From: a virus
DNA: 33,702 nucleotides
Virus record (IMG/VR): IMGVR_UViG_3300025874_000002
Strand: one strand, 5' to 3'
Below, one piece after another: positions 1 to 7,616 of this stretch. The notes under the pieces are model-generated. The model saw nothing but the letters and a program-made list of their open reading frames with translations, ran no database searches and was not told where the DNA came from. Positions within the stretch are counted from its first letter, which is position 1. Every line of letters begins with the position of its first letter. The position numbers and the translations under genes are program-made.

Positions 1-127
1 CTGCTTTCGTAGCCTCTTCAATGCTCTCTACAGCTACCTTGCTGTCAGTGAGGCTAGTAAATAATCCCGACAGACCTGACAAGTGATCCCCAGACTCTTT
101 AACGGTAGCAATGCCATCGTTAAGAGC
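1..127. repeat. Terminal direct repeat, copy 1 (identical to 33576..33702). Contig-closing overlap.
   Basis: Read directly: bases 1-127 (ctgctttcgtagcctcttcaatgc...catcgttaagagc) match 33576-33702 base for base. Confidence 0.95.
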
Positions 128-166
128 TTTTAGGATACCTACAACTGCTGAGATTTCTGCAATCAT
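1..166 (-). CDS. 5' part of a junction-spanning CDS (full product 151 aa, tail-anchored membrane protein). ATG at 166..164; the rest is 33286..33702.
   Basis: Hand translation from ATG 166: MIAEISAVVGILKALNDGIATVKESGDHL-SGLSGLFTSL... This is in frame with track ORF 33286..33657, whose listed M is a TTG. The ATG sits in a TAATG overlap with the stop of 166..492. Confidence 0.7.
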   Translation of the reverse strand, partial: MIAEISAVVGILKALNDGIATVKESGDHLSGLSGLFTSLTDSKVAVESIEEATKA

Positions 167-492
167 TACCAAGGAGTTCCAGTAGTAATCGCAGGAGCTT
201 TGCTGTCAGCAATCTGTGCAGAGATAGAGTCTTCTACGCCAGTGACTGCTTCCTCGCCCATGCTGTCCTTCACCCAGCCAATAGCCTGAGCTTCTGTGAT
301 GTCTGCATAGGCTGTATAGCCGTCAGCAGAGCTGTCAGGAGTAAAGCCACAAGTGCCATAGCTGCTGCCAGAGTAGGTTACAGCGTCATCGCCAGAGCCT
401 ACTACTTCGCTGTCTGATGCTCGCCAGTGTGCTACAACTACACCGTCATCAGTGTTGCGTTCTAGGGTTGAGATTGTCCAAGTTACTGCCAT
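166..492 (-). CDS. Hypothetical protein, 108 aa, directly downstream of the tail-fibre gene
   Basis: ATG start. TAATG coupling to the next gene. Non-repetitive protein-like composition. No catalytic motif recognised. Confidence 0.7.
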   Translation of the reverse strand: MAVTWTISTLERNTDDGVVVAHWRASDSEVVGSGDDAVTYSGSSYGTCGFTPDSSADGYTAYADITEAQAIGWVKDSMGEEAVTGVEDSISAQIADSKAPAITTGTPW

Positions 493-509
493 TGTTTTAT
501 TCCTTATAG

Positions 510-2051
510 TTAAATTGCTGCGATGATAAAGGCGAGTAGTTCAGAGTAGCGCACACCCATGCGGCTACGCTCTTGACCAGTTTCTTCATCAGTCCATGTT
601 GAATTGATAAACATTGCGTAGCGTCCAGCGTCTAAGCCTTCAGCTTCAAATGCTGCTTGTAGGTCTTGTGCAATGATGCCAAAGTGGATACGAGCGTCTT
701 CGCCTTTAGCTTCTACAGAATCAATCCAGCGCCACTTGCGAAGCAGTCCTTTGCAAGCTACTGCTACACGCTGCTCTGCATCAGATAATGCTTCAATGTC
801 TTGCTTGTCTCTGCCGTCAGAACCTGTGGTAACGCCGTCACGGACATAAGCGTCTTCAAATCTTTTAGCAGGGTCTCCCAAGTCAGAATGACCAGTAAAT
901 CCAGCGTCTATGTTTGGTAAAACATCGCTACCCACCAACACATTGCCTGATGAGTCTATGGTCATTCTAGGTGTCGTAATTCCGTTGGTACAAAAATTCA
1001 ATGCATTAGTTGCATGGTTGTAATTAACTTGACCTGCATATGTCGCTGCACCGCTTGTTCCGTCTGCGAACAAAAGGTAAGAAGTATGAGCGCTTCCGCC
1101 ATATAGGGTAATACCTTGCTCACCAGAACCTGAACCAACAACAAGTTGTCTTGCCCCTGAAAAAAAACTGCTTGGACTGCTAGTTCCAATTCCCACATTG
1201 CCTGATGCGTCTATGCGCATGCGTTCTGCTGCGGCTGTAATGAAATACATATCATTAGTAGCAACGCCAATCATGTTACCATCATTAGTGCTGTTGCTAT
1301 CTTCAATAATAATGTTTGCTTCTGCGTCTGAACTTTCAAACTTAGCCGTGTAGTTGTAACTACCACCAGTGACCAAAAGCCCTACGTTATTTCCACTTTG
1401 AGTAATCTCAAGGTTTGCACTAGGCGAACTATTACCAATACCCACGTTGCCATTGGAGCCTTCAATTTTAACCTTTGTGCTACTACCTGACTGCAAGTAA
1501 ATGTCAGGAGTCCCGCTTTCGCCTGCGTTTAAAACAAGGTCATTTGCACCGCCAGCTACAATAGAGCCGCCAGTAGCCATTGTTACATTGCCAGTAACGT
1601 CTATGCCTGTGGAGGTGGTGGCTAGTTTCTCTACTCCGTTGTAATATAGAGAAACGGATGTACTAGGTCTAAATCGTGCGCTTAGTGTATTGGAAGGATT
1701 GGCTATTGTTGTAGCAGAGTCTGCTCTTACGTATAGAGTTCCTTGGCCTGCTTCATCAATATAGCTATTAGACCCATCATGGTACACCTGTAGGTCAGAG
1801 CCAGCACCGAAGATGGCTTTGCCGTTGTCTGCAAAAGTAGCGTTGCCAGTAACGTCTATGCCTGTGGCCGTCGTTGTCAATTTAGCGCTGTCAGTATGCT
1901 TTAGTGTAGCCGCACCCGACTTGCCCTGGATAGAGTCAACAGTCGTGTCCAGAGTGTCCAGGTTGGTGTTTATCTTGGTTCCCCAAGTATCTTCTGAAGC
2001 GCCGACTTCTGGCTTGGTCAGACCATAATTGGTTGTAGTTGTATCAGCCAT
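510..2051 (-). CDS. Tail fibre with C-terminal peptidase-S74-type intramolecular chaperone domain
   Basis: The N-terminus MADTTTTNYGLTKPEVGASEDTWGTKINTNLDTLD is typical of phage fibre N-termini. The TGIDVTGN motif is repeated. The C-terminal ~100 aa (RDKQDIEALSD...ARIHFGIIAQDLQAAFEAEGLD...VRYSELLAFIIAAI) fits the self-cleaving S74 chaperone pattern. Confidence 0.85.
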   Translation of the reverse strand: MADTTTTNYGLTKPEVGASEDTWGTKINTNLDTLDTTVDSIQGKSGAATLKHTDSAKLTTTATGIDVTGNATFADNGKAIFGAGSDLQVYHDGSNSYIDEAGQGTLYVRADSATTIANPSNTLSARFRPSTSVSLYYNGVEKLATTSTGIDVTGNVTMATGGSIVAGGANDLVLNAGESGTPDIYLQSGSSTKVKIEGSNGNVGIGNSSPSANLEITQSGNNVGLLVTGGSYNYTAKFESSDAEANIIIEDSNSTNDGNMIGVATNDMYFITAAAERMRIDASGNVGIGTSSPSSFFSGARQLVVGSGSGEQGITLYGGSAHTSYLLFADGTSGAATYAGQVNYNHATNALNFCTNGITTPRMTIDSSGNVLVGSDVLPNIDAGFTGHSDLGDPAKRFEDAYVRDGVTTGSDGRDKQDIEALSDAEQRVAVACKGLLRKWRWIDSVEAKGEDARIHFGIIAQDLQAAFEAEGLDAGRYAMFINSTWTDEETGQERSRMGVRYSELLAFIIAAI

Positions 2052-2690
2052 TTAAGCGGCCTCCCATAAAGTTGTATATTCAGCCACATCGGCCCATTCG
2101 TTAGCAGCACTTGCTACATCTGCATAAGTTGCGTCATCTCCAGGGCTGTCTGTCCATAGAATAGACCCGGAAATACTTAATGATGCCGACGACGACATAA
2201 CAGTCACGCCACCAGCCGTAATATTGCCAGACATAACCGCCTGGCTTGTTGCTGCAATCACCGACTCGGCAACTACTATCGTAACCGCGCTTGCTGTTGC
2301 AGAGGACGCAGCACTTACTGCCGATATGCCTTGCTGTATCCTGGCGCCTGCAGATGTCACAGAAGAGGCCGCAGATATAGATAGCTCGCCTCCCCGTATC
2401 GCAATGCCTGCACCTGCAGTAGATGATGCAGCCGTAATAGCTGACCCAGTCTGCAATATAGCTTGTGGGTCCGCTTGCGTTGCAGAGGTTACCGCAATCG
2501 CAGCCGAGTCCTCTCGTACAGCCTGGCCTGAGCTAGATGTAGATGCCGCCGCCGATATAACGCAGCTAGCCTCTTTTACAAACCCAGCAGTAGCCGATAC
2601 GGCAGACGTGGCTGCGATTACAGCCGCGCCATCCTCTAGGTTAGCAGTCGAGTATGCAGCCTGCCCGTATTTATATACGCCATAGAGCAT
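2052..2690 (-). CDS. Ala/Ser-rich repeat protein, 212 aa (fibre-like structural candidate)
   Basis: ATG start abutting the fibre gene (TAA then ATG). About eight units of roughly 20 aa of the form xxAxIxAxSSxxxxxGxxx. The N-terminus MLYGVYKYGQAAYS resembles fibre-associated proteins. Confidence 0.65.
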   Translation of the reverse strand: MLYGVYKYGQAAYSTANLEDGAAVIAATSAVSATAGFVKEASCVISAAASTSSSGQAVREDSAAIAVTSATQADPQAILQTGSAITAASSTAGAGIAIRGGELSISAASSVTSAGARIQQGISAVSAASSATASAVTIVVAESVIAATSQAVMSGNITAGGVTVMSSSASLSISGSILWTDSPGDDATYADVASAANEWADVAEYTTLWEAA

Positions 2691-2691
2691 A

Positions 2692-3072
2692 TTAGTCTAG
2701 CGTGATATCCAGGTCGCCAGCAGGGATGCGGAACACGTCACCAGTAGCAATTGTCTTGCTTGCAGTCAATGCGCCATAGGCTAGCAGGTTGCCGCTTGTG
2801 GCTGCGTCGAATACGCCGACGTGAGTAATAGTGCCCCAGTCGCCTGTAGCTGTTGCCCACTCTTCTGCAGATGTGTTGCTGGCAGTGTTGCCAGATACAG
2901 TAAATGCTGTGGCCTGGCGAGCATAGCCGCTACCTGACAGCTCTGTACCGCCACCCGTGTCACTAGGCGCTGCAGTGTATAGTCCAGTGTATAAAGTGCC
3001 TGGGGCTGTGTAGGCGTTGCCACCAAACACATGGTCCAGGACCTCTGTTTCTAAGAAGTTTGAAAAGCTCAT
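2692..3072 (-). CDS. Conserved small phage structural protein, 126 aa
   Basis: MSFSNFLETEVLDHVFGGNAYTAPGTLYTGLYTAAP...GDLDITLD matches, from memory, a widespread phage family found beside fibre genes. ATGA overlap with the upstream gene. Confidence 0.6.
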   Translation of the reverse strand: MSFSNFLETEVLDHVFGGNAYTAPGTLYTGLYTAAPSDTGGGTELSGSGYARQATAFTVSGNTASNTSAEEWATATGDWGTITHVGVFDAATSGNLLAYGALTASKTIATGDVFRIPAGDLDITLD

Positions 3073-3692
3073 CCGAGTCCTCGTATTTTAGTTGTCAGGC
3101 CAACACCAGAATAAGCTGCCTGTTCAGAAGTTAAGTTTAGTTTGTCTACCGCCTCACCATATAGTCGAGCCCACACCTCAGCCCGGCCATCTTCAGCCAG
3201 GTATGGTGCAGAGTTCAGTAGTGAGCCGTACAGGTAGATGTCTGGATATGATGTCAGCAGCCAGTTTGTCGTCGCGCTGTCGCTGAGAGAAGGTATCTGC
3301 TGGATGTATAGCAACTCAGCAGCATATGAGCCGTCAGGGGTAGGGAATACCTCAAACTGGCCCTCAGAGTGTGCATAGTATCTTGGCTTGCCTGCTACGT
3401 TCTCTGCGCCCTGGCGCTTGTCAGCCATTGCCTGAGTGCTTAATAGGTCCATCGCAGAGGTTTTCTGGCCGGTCAAATGCAGGCGTATAGTCTCAACCCA
3501 GTCGCCTGGCTTGGTTAGGTACTGGCCGTCAATTGTAGTCGATGCCCTGTTCTCCATCTGCCAGTGACGGATGTCTCTGTTCATCCTGGCCTCGCCCAAC
3601 GCAATAAATGTCGGGATCACAGAAGTCAGGTCAGACCTGTTCAAAAAGTCTGCCATTGACGACTGCAGCTCGCTGTATGTACTTATTGCCAT
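3069..3692 (-). CDS. Conserved virion protein, head-tail adaptor candidate, 207 aa
   Basis: The N-terminus MAISTYSELQSSMADFLNRSDLTSVIPTFIALGEARMNRDIRHW is recalled from podovirus-like structural modules. GGAGG RBS. The function is an inference. Confidence 0.5.
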   Translation of the reverse strand: MAISTYSELQSSMADFLNRSDLTSVIPTFIALGEARMNRDIRHWQMENRASTTIDGQYLTKPGDWVETIRLHLTGQKTSAMDLLSTQAMADKRQGAENVAGKPRYYAHSEGQFEVFPTPDGSYAAELLYIQQIPSLSDSATTNWLLTSYPDIYLYGSLLNSAPYLAEDGRAEVWARLYGEAVDKLNLTSEQAAYSGVGLTTKIRGLG

Positions 3693-3710
3693 TATGGCCT
3701 CCAGTTATTG

Positions 3711-3724
3711 GGCCGATTATACCA
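3711..3724 (-). promoter_or_regulatory. Extended -10 promoter, TGgTATAATCGGCC (late-class motif, copy a)
   Basis: Minus strand reads aaTGgTATAATcggcc. The -10 hexamer is 3721..3716, 23 nt before the ATG at 3692. Same motif at 6314, 8211 and 30143. Confidence 0.5.
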
Positions 3725-3871
3725 TTAAATAGGGCTTAATACCCCGCCAATCAATCTAGCCTCGTCCCTGGCCCTTTGATCCCTCTCATCAACAAAGCTG
3801 TAGTCAAGAAGGCCGCCCAGGCGATCACGCAAGGGGGTGCGCTTTGGCATATTCATAGTGGATATGGCCAT
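3725..3871 (-). CDS. Possible 48-aa ORF (MAISTMNMPKRTPLRDRLGGLLDYSFVDERDQRARDEARLIGGVLSPI)
   Basis: Hand-translated (below the track cutoff). Weak RBS (GAGA). Fills part of a 360-bp gap. Confidence 0.3.
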   Translation of the reverse strand: MAISTMNMPKRTPLRDRLGGLLDYSFVDERDQRARDEARLIGGVLSPI

Positions 3872-3890
3872 GTTTTTTCTCGAATAGATT

Positions 3891-3899
3891 TGGTACAAT
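3891..3899 (+). promoter_or_regulatory. Plus-strand extended -10 promoter, TGgTACAAT
   Basis: tggtacaat at 3891-3899. There is no good -35, but the TGn extension is present. It lies 54 nt upstream of the ATG at 3953. Confidence 0.4.
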
Positions 3900-3952
3900 T
3901 ACCGGGCGATTTATTCCTACTTGCGGCATACAGCTAAACAGGAGACTTACCC

Positions 3953-4147
3953 ATGCCTTATAAAGACATAACCTACGACAACGGCTTTACTGAGCGCGTC
4001 TACTACAACATGACCGCATCAGAAGAGGCTGAACGCTTTAAACGCACTAACCGCGTTAAATCCTTTCCCTCTGCAAATCATCGGTCTGCTGTGAAGCGGT
4101 CAAGATTGAAGGATCAAGAACCACCATCGCTAATGCCGGGAGAATAG
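3953..4147 (+). CDS. Only plus-strand gene candidate, 64 aa, convergent with the 743-aa gene
   Basis: AGGAG at 3940-3944, 8 nt before the ATG. Protein-like N-terminal half (MPYKDITYDNGFTERVYYNMTASEEAERFKRTNRVK). The last 92 nt overlap the 3' end of 4056..6287 antisense. Confidence 0.45.
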   Translation: MPYKDITYDNGFTERVYYNMTASEEAERFKRTNRVKSFPSANHRSAVKRSRLKDQEPPSLMPGE

Positions 4148-6287
4148 TTCCAGCAGCAAGCGCCGCTTTTAAACCGGCAATACCCTTGTCAGCTAGGATT
4201 CTTCTTGCCCTTTCGACATCTTGCCGCCCTTTAAACGGTTTGCCTGGATCAAACTTTTCCATTGCTGCATCACGCTCTATATTGGCCGCCGCTTTTCTTT
4301 TTAGCGCAGGCTCAATAGCTAGTGCAAATGTAGGATTTTGATCCAGCTTATTTAGGAACTGCGTAGTAGCCTTCCCAGAGCCTTCGCCTGCCTGCCATGC
4401 TGCCTCATAATCTTCGTAGCCAGCTTGGACCTTTACTCGCGTACCTCTTGATCCGACTAGCGAATTGAGTTTTTCGCCTAGCTCACCTTTTAGCTCTTTA
4501 CCAAGGGTCGCGCCTGTTCGCTCCGCGCCTACTGGTGAATAAATATCATTGACAAAATTAACGCCGCTTCCGGTGTCAACAGCAAAGAATCCATACTCAT
4601 CAGCCAGACTACTAATGTCAGACATTAACTCCGGTTCTGGTGATGCATCCATTGCTAAATTAATACTTGATCGCTCGCCCATTTTGGTTTGACTGTCAGG
4701 AATGACCTTGTGATAAGCACCAGCATTTTGCACATCAATGAATGCCCGGCTTGACTCTGCAATGTCTAAAAGACCGGCACTGGAAGGAATGATTTCGCCA
4801 CCAGCTTGCTGCACTAAAGGCCTTGCTACCTGACCTGGATTAATCTCTAAAATACCAGTGGCTTGCGGTGTATAGGCACCCACCATTGTGTCTGTCGGCT
4901 GCGTCAACAATCCACCCGATGAATACATATCATCAAGACCGCGAGCATTGCGCCAGGTTGCTGTGTTCTCAAACGCTAAACGATCCTCAAACGGCAGGCC
5001 TAAAATGCCGTCAAGCTGCCCTGTGTTAGCACCTGGTGCCTGCTCATAGGTCGCGTTCACCGCGTACTTGTCAGCAAAGTCACCATAGTGCTTTGCCGCA
5101 TCAGCAGCCACAATGTCACCAGCGCGTATCTTAGCGCCAGACCATGCAGCAGCCTGTGTGTTCAGTGCGTCCCAATCGCTATACCCTAATGCCTTTGCGG
5201 TGTTTAATTGGTCCTGTATCTCCAGCATACTGTCGTCCATAAAGCTATGCTGCTGCGGACTAAATCCAGCATCCCAGGGCTTCCCATCAGGAAACTTAGC
5301 ACTTGCCGGATGCTTGTAGCCCATTGCCCGGCCCTGCCAGATATCGTGCACTGGCGTGTCAGCCATGTCAGGGTTCCAAGACACGCTTAAATTATCTGCA
5401 AATGGCTGCCGTTTTGGCCCAAGATTCTCTCTTACATTATCCAGCGCCTGCTCGATTAGCGGAGACTGATTGTTCGGGAATCGACCTGTTTCAACCGGCA
5501 AACCTGCTGCCCTTTGGTTGATGCCCTTGATGGCAAATCCGAGGTTACTGTCAACGCCCGTACCCTGGGACGATATACCTGTAATGTCTGCAACAGCCTG
5601 TCGCATTCCATCAGGCGATACAGAGTCAATGAAGTCGCTAGAGTCGTTGTACCAGTTGCGACCCCCCGCACCAAGCTCTACATCGTCGATATAGCTTTGA
5701 TACATCTGCGCCAACTTGTCCTCAGTGTTCATACCTGCTGGACCACCCACATATTGGCCGGTAGTCCCAACACGCTCTTTAGAGCGCCCTACTCCCTGAC
5801 GTACTTTGCCAGGCAAGATCATTGACGCAAGCAGGCCTGCTCCTTCTGCTCGGTTAACATTGTCTTCACCAATCGCATCAACAAGTCCAGGTTTCGCTTT
5901 ACCGTATAATTCTGACGCTACGCGCACACCATCTGCAAACGTAGGGCCATCTAGCAAGCCGCCGTAATTCATAGCGGCGCCAACAACATCGCCAATTTTA
6001 TTGGTAATTGTTGCAGCATCACCCGTCAACTCAGGCGCACTTAAAAGTTGATCACGAGAGATGTCGCCAGTAACTGCCTGCTTTCCATATCTTGCTATGT
6101 CGTTAACAATATTGATCGCCGTATCAGGTACAACGGTCAGAGCACTTAGATCGACATCAGCAGCCTCACCTGGCTTTGGACGCAATGTAGGCATCTGAGC
6201 TGACTCATCTGTCAACATCCCAACACGCTTTAAGTTTTCAGGGCTCATCCCTTCTGCCAGCAAAGACAGTAAACCTTTAACAGCCAT
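4056..6287 (-). CDS. Large protein of unknown function, 743 aa, immediately downstream of terL (virion-associated/injected protein candidate)
   Basis: Long ORF with normal composition. The track start at 6293 is TTG, so the ATG at 6287 (MAVKGLL...) is preferred. No NTPase, polymerase or protease motif recognised. Confidence 0.8.
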   Translation of the reverse strand: MAVKGLLSLLAEGMSPENLKRVGMLTDESAQMPTLRPKPGEAADVDLSALTVVPDTAINIVNDIARYGKQAVTGDISRDQLLSAPELTGDAATITNKIGDVVGAAMNYGGLLDGPTFADGVRVASELYGKAKPGLVDAIGEDNVNRAEGAGLLASMILPGKVRQGVGRSKERVGTTGQYVGGPAGMNTEDKLAQMYQSYIDDVELGAGGRNWYNDSSDFIDSVSPDGMRQAVADITGISSQGTGVDSNLGFAIKGINQRAAGLPVETGRFPNNQSPLIEQALDNVRENLGPKRQPFADNLSVSWNPDMADTPVHDIWQGRAMGYKHPASAKFPDGKPWDAGFSPQQHSFMDDSMLEIQDQLNTAKALGYSDWDALNTQAAAWSGAKIRAGDIVAADAAKHYGDFADKYAVNATYEQAPGANTGQLDGILGLPFEDRLAFENTATWRNARGLDDMYSSGGLLTQPTDTMVGAYTPQATGILEINPGQVARPLVQQAGGEIIPSSAGLLDIAESSRAFIDVQNAGAYHKVIPDSQTKMGERSSINLAMDASPEPELMSDISSLADEYGFFAVDTGSGVNFVNDIYSPVGAERTGATLGKELKGELGEKLNSLVGSRGTRVKVQAGYEDYEAAWQAGEGSGKATTQFLNKLDQNPTFALAIEPALKRKAAANIERDAAMEKFDPGKPFKGRQDVERARRILADKGIAGLKAALAAGTILPALAMVVLDPSILTASQQTDDLQRERI

Positions 6288-6313
6288 AACCAAATCCAGT
6301 CAAGTCACAAAGG

Positions 6314-6326
6314 CCCGATTATATCA
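6314..6326 (-). promoter_or_regulatory. Extended -10 promoter, TGaTATAATCGGGC (late-class motif, copy b)
   Basis: Minus strand reads atTGaTATAATcgggcc. The -10 is 6323..6318, in the 39-bp gap between terL and the 743-aa gene. Confidence 0.45.
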
Positions 6327-6332
6327 TATTGA

Positions 6333-7616
6333 TCAGACAATGCCTTGCAGGTTACGACGTAGTGGCTCACCCCAGCTAGATGATGTGGGCTTGTACCCAA
6401 CAGCCAGGTATCGCAGCGCATCGGCGCAGTGAGAGGTCCAGTCGTGTAGAGGTCGTCCACGCCAGGTCATGCCCTTGTCGTCATAGTCTCGACGGTACTG
6501 CCGGATAGCATCAATGCCTCGCTCGCACTTCTCCTCATCGAACCAGCACCTGGGGAGCATGGAGCGCACAGACTGTATACCATCATCAACCATCAACTGC
6601 GGAGCTATAGTGATTGGCCTCACCCCCAGGGCGCCAAGTGTCTCCAGGCGAGACTTACCTGAGCCTAGCTCCCTTACCCTAACATCGTGCGGCAGTACAT
6701 GGCTTTCGTATACATAGCCTTTTGAGTTTAACAGGGCGACATAATGGTCCAGACCTACACCGCTGCTCTCATAGTAGTCGATAAGGCGCACCTCAGCCCC
6801 TACAAACTGCGCAAACCAGATAGAGGTACTATCACCTACCCCTAAGTCCCAGGCCGTTACAACGCCAACAGCGCGGTCGTATGGCACGTTAGTTAGTCTG
6901 CCCTCAGCTTTAGCCTCTCGCATCTCTACAGCGTAGTAGGCGCCATCGGCGTGTATCTTCATCTCCCCGTCCCAGACATGGCCATAATCATCCGGGCGCA
7001 GCTTAAAGTCTTCTTTGCGCTCGTTGTCTAGGACCTTTGGGAAGTAAGGATTATCCTGCCAGTTGATCTCGCATATCTTGCTGTCCTGGGGAGGGTTAAC
7101 GCGAAAGCGCCTATGCGTTGCTGAGTGCTTGGTCTCAGGGTTCCAGGTCACCCATATCTCAGAGTCGTCCTCTCGGACAGTTGGGATTAGCTTCTGCCAG
7201 GCTGCATCAGATACACCCTCAGCCTCATCCACCCAGGCGATAATGATCCTGGCCTTTGACTTGATCGAGTCCAGGTTGCGGCGTAGACCGGCGAATACAT
7301 AGTTGATGCGGCCATCCTTGGACCTGACAAACTTCTCGCCTATCTCATAGTACGACAGAAGCCAGGGGACCGCCTTGATGGCAGACTTGATCTCTTCCAG
7401 GGATGATTCATCTAGGGAGTTTAGGTGCTCTCGTGCGCAGAGTATCTGGCCGCTGTTACCTGCCATGCCATGCCTGTACCCAGCCACTGCAGTCATCAGC
7501 GCAAAAGACCTAGTCTTGCCTGACCCTCGGCCACCGTATGCGCCTCTATACCGGGCCTCACCTTCAAAGACCTCGACTATCTTGGGAGGGAGCCGAATCT
7601 CTGCAGTATCAGTCAT
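6333..7616 (-). CDS. terL: Terminase large subunit
   Basis: Walker A YGGRGSGKTRS. Walker B-like IIIAWVDEAE. C-terminal nuclease-type acidic motifs (TAWDLGVGDSTSIW, HDW). 8-nt overlap with terS. Confidence 0.95.
   Translation of the reverse strand: MTDTAEIRLPPKIVEVFEGEARYRGAYGGRGSGKTRSFALMTAVAGYRHGMAGNSGQILCAREHLNSLDESSLEEIKSAIKAVPWLLSYYEIGEKFVRSKDGRINYVFAGLRRNLDSIKSKARIIIAWVDEAEGVSDAAWQKLIPTVREDDSEIWVTWNPETKHSATHRRFRVNPPQDSKICEINWQDNPYFPKVLDNERKEDFKLRPDDYGHVWDGEMKIHADGAYYAVEMREAKAEGRLTNVPYDRAVGVVTAWDLGVGDSTSIWFAQFVGAEVRLIDYYESSGVGLDHYVALLNSKGYVYESHVLPHDVRVRELGSGKSRLETLGALGVRPITIAPQLMVDDGIQSVRSMLPRCWFDEEKCERGIDAIRQYRRDYDDKGMTWRGRPLHDWTSHCADALRYLAVGYKPTSSSWGEPLRRNLQGIV

Noticed and set aside
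1588-1867. Exact 25-nt duplication in the fibre gene as a possible DGR template/variable-repeat pair
   Set aside because: Both copies are in frame in the same gene and encode the same TGIDVTGN motif. They are identical, with no adenine-specific differences. No reverse transcriptase gene exists in the window.
2224-2685. 153-aa plus-strand ORF antisense to the Ala/Ser-rich gene
   Set aside because: An artefact of low-complexity GC-rich codons. There is no promoter or RBS, and the minus-strand gene is tightly coupled to its neighbours.
5113-5825. Cluster of 60-103-aa plus-strand ORFs antisense to the 743-aa gene
   Set aside because: They are short, mutually overlapping, lack RBS sequences and have odd composition. 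The same pattern of antisense ORFs occurs in portal, terL and the 618-aa gene.
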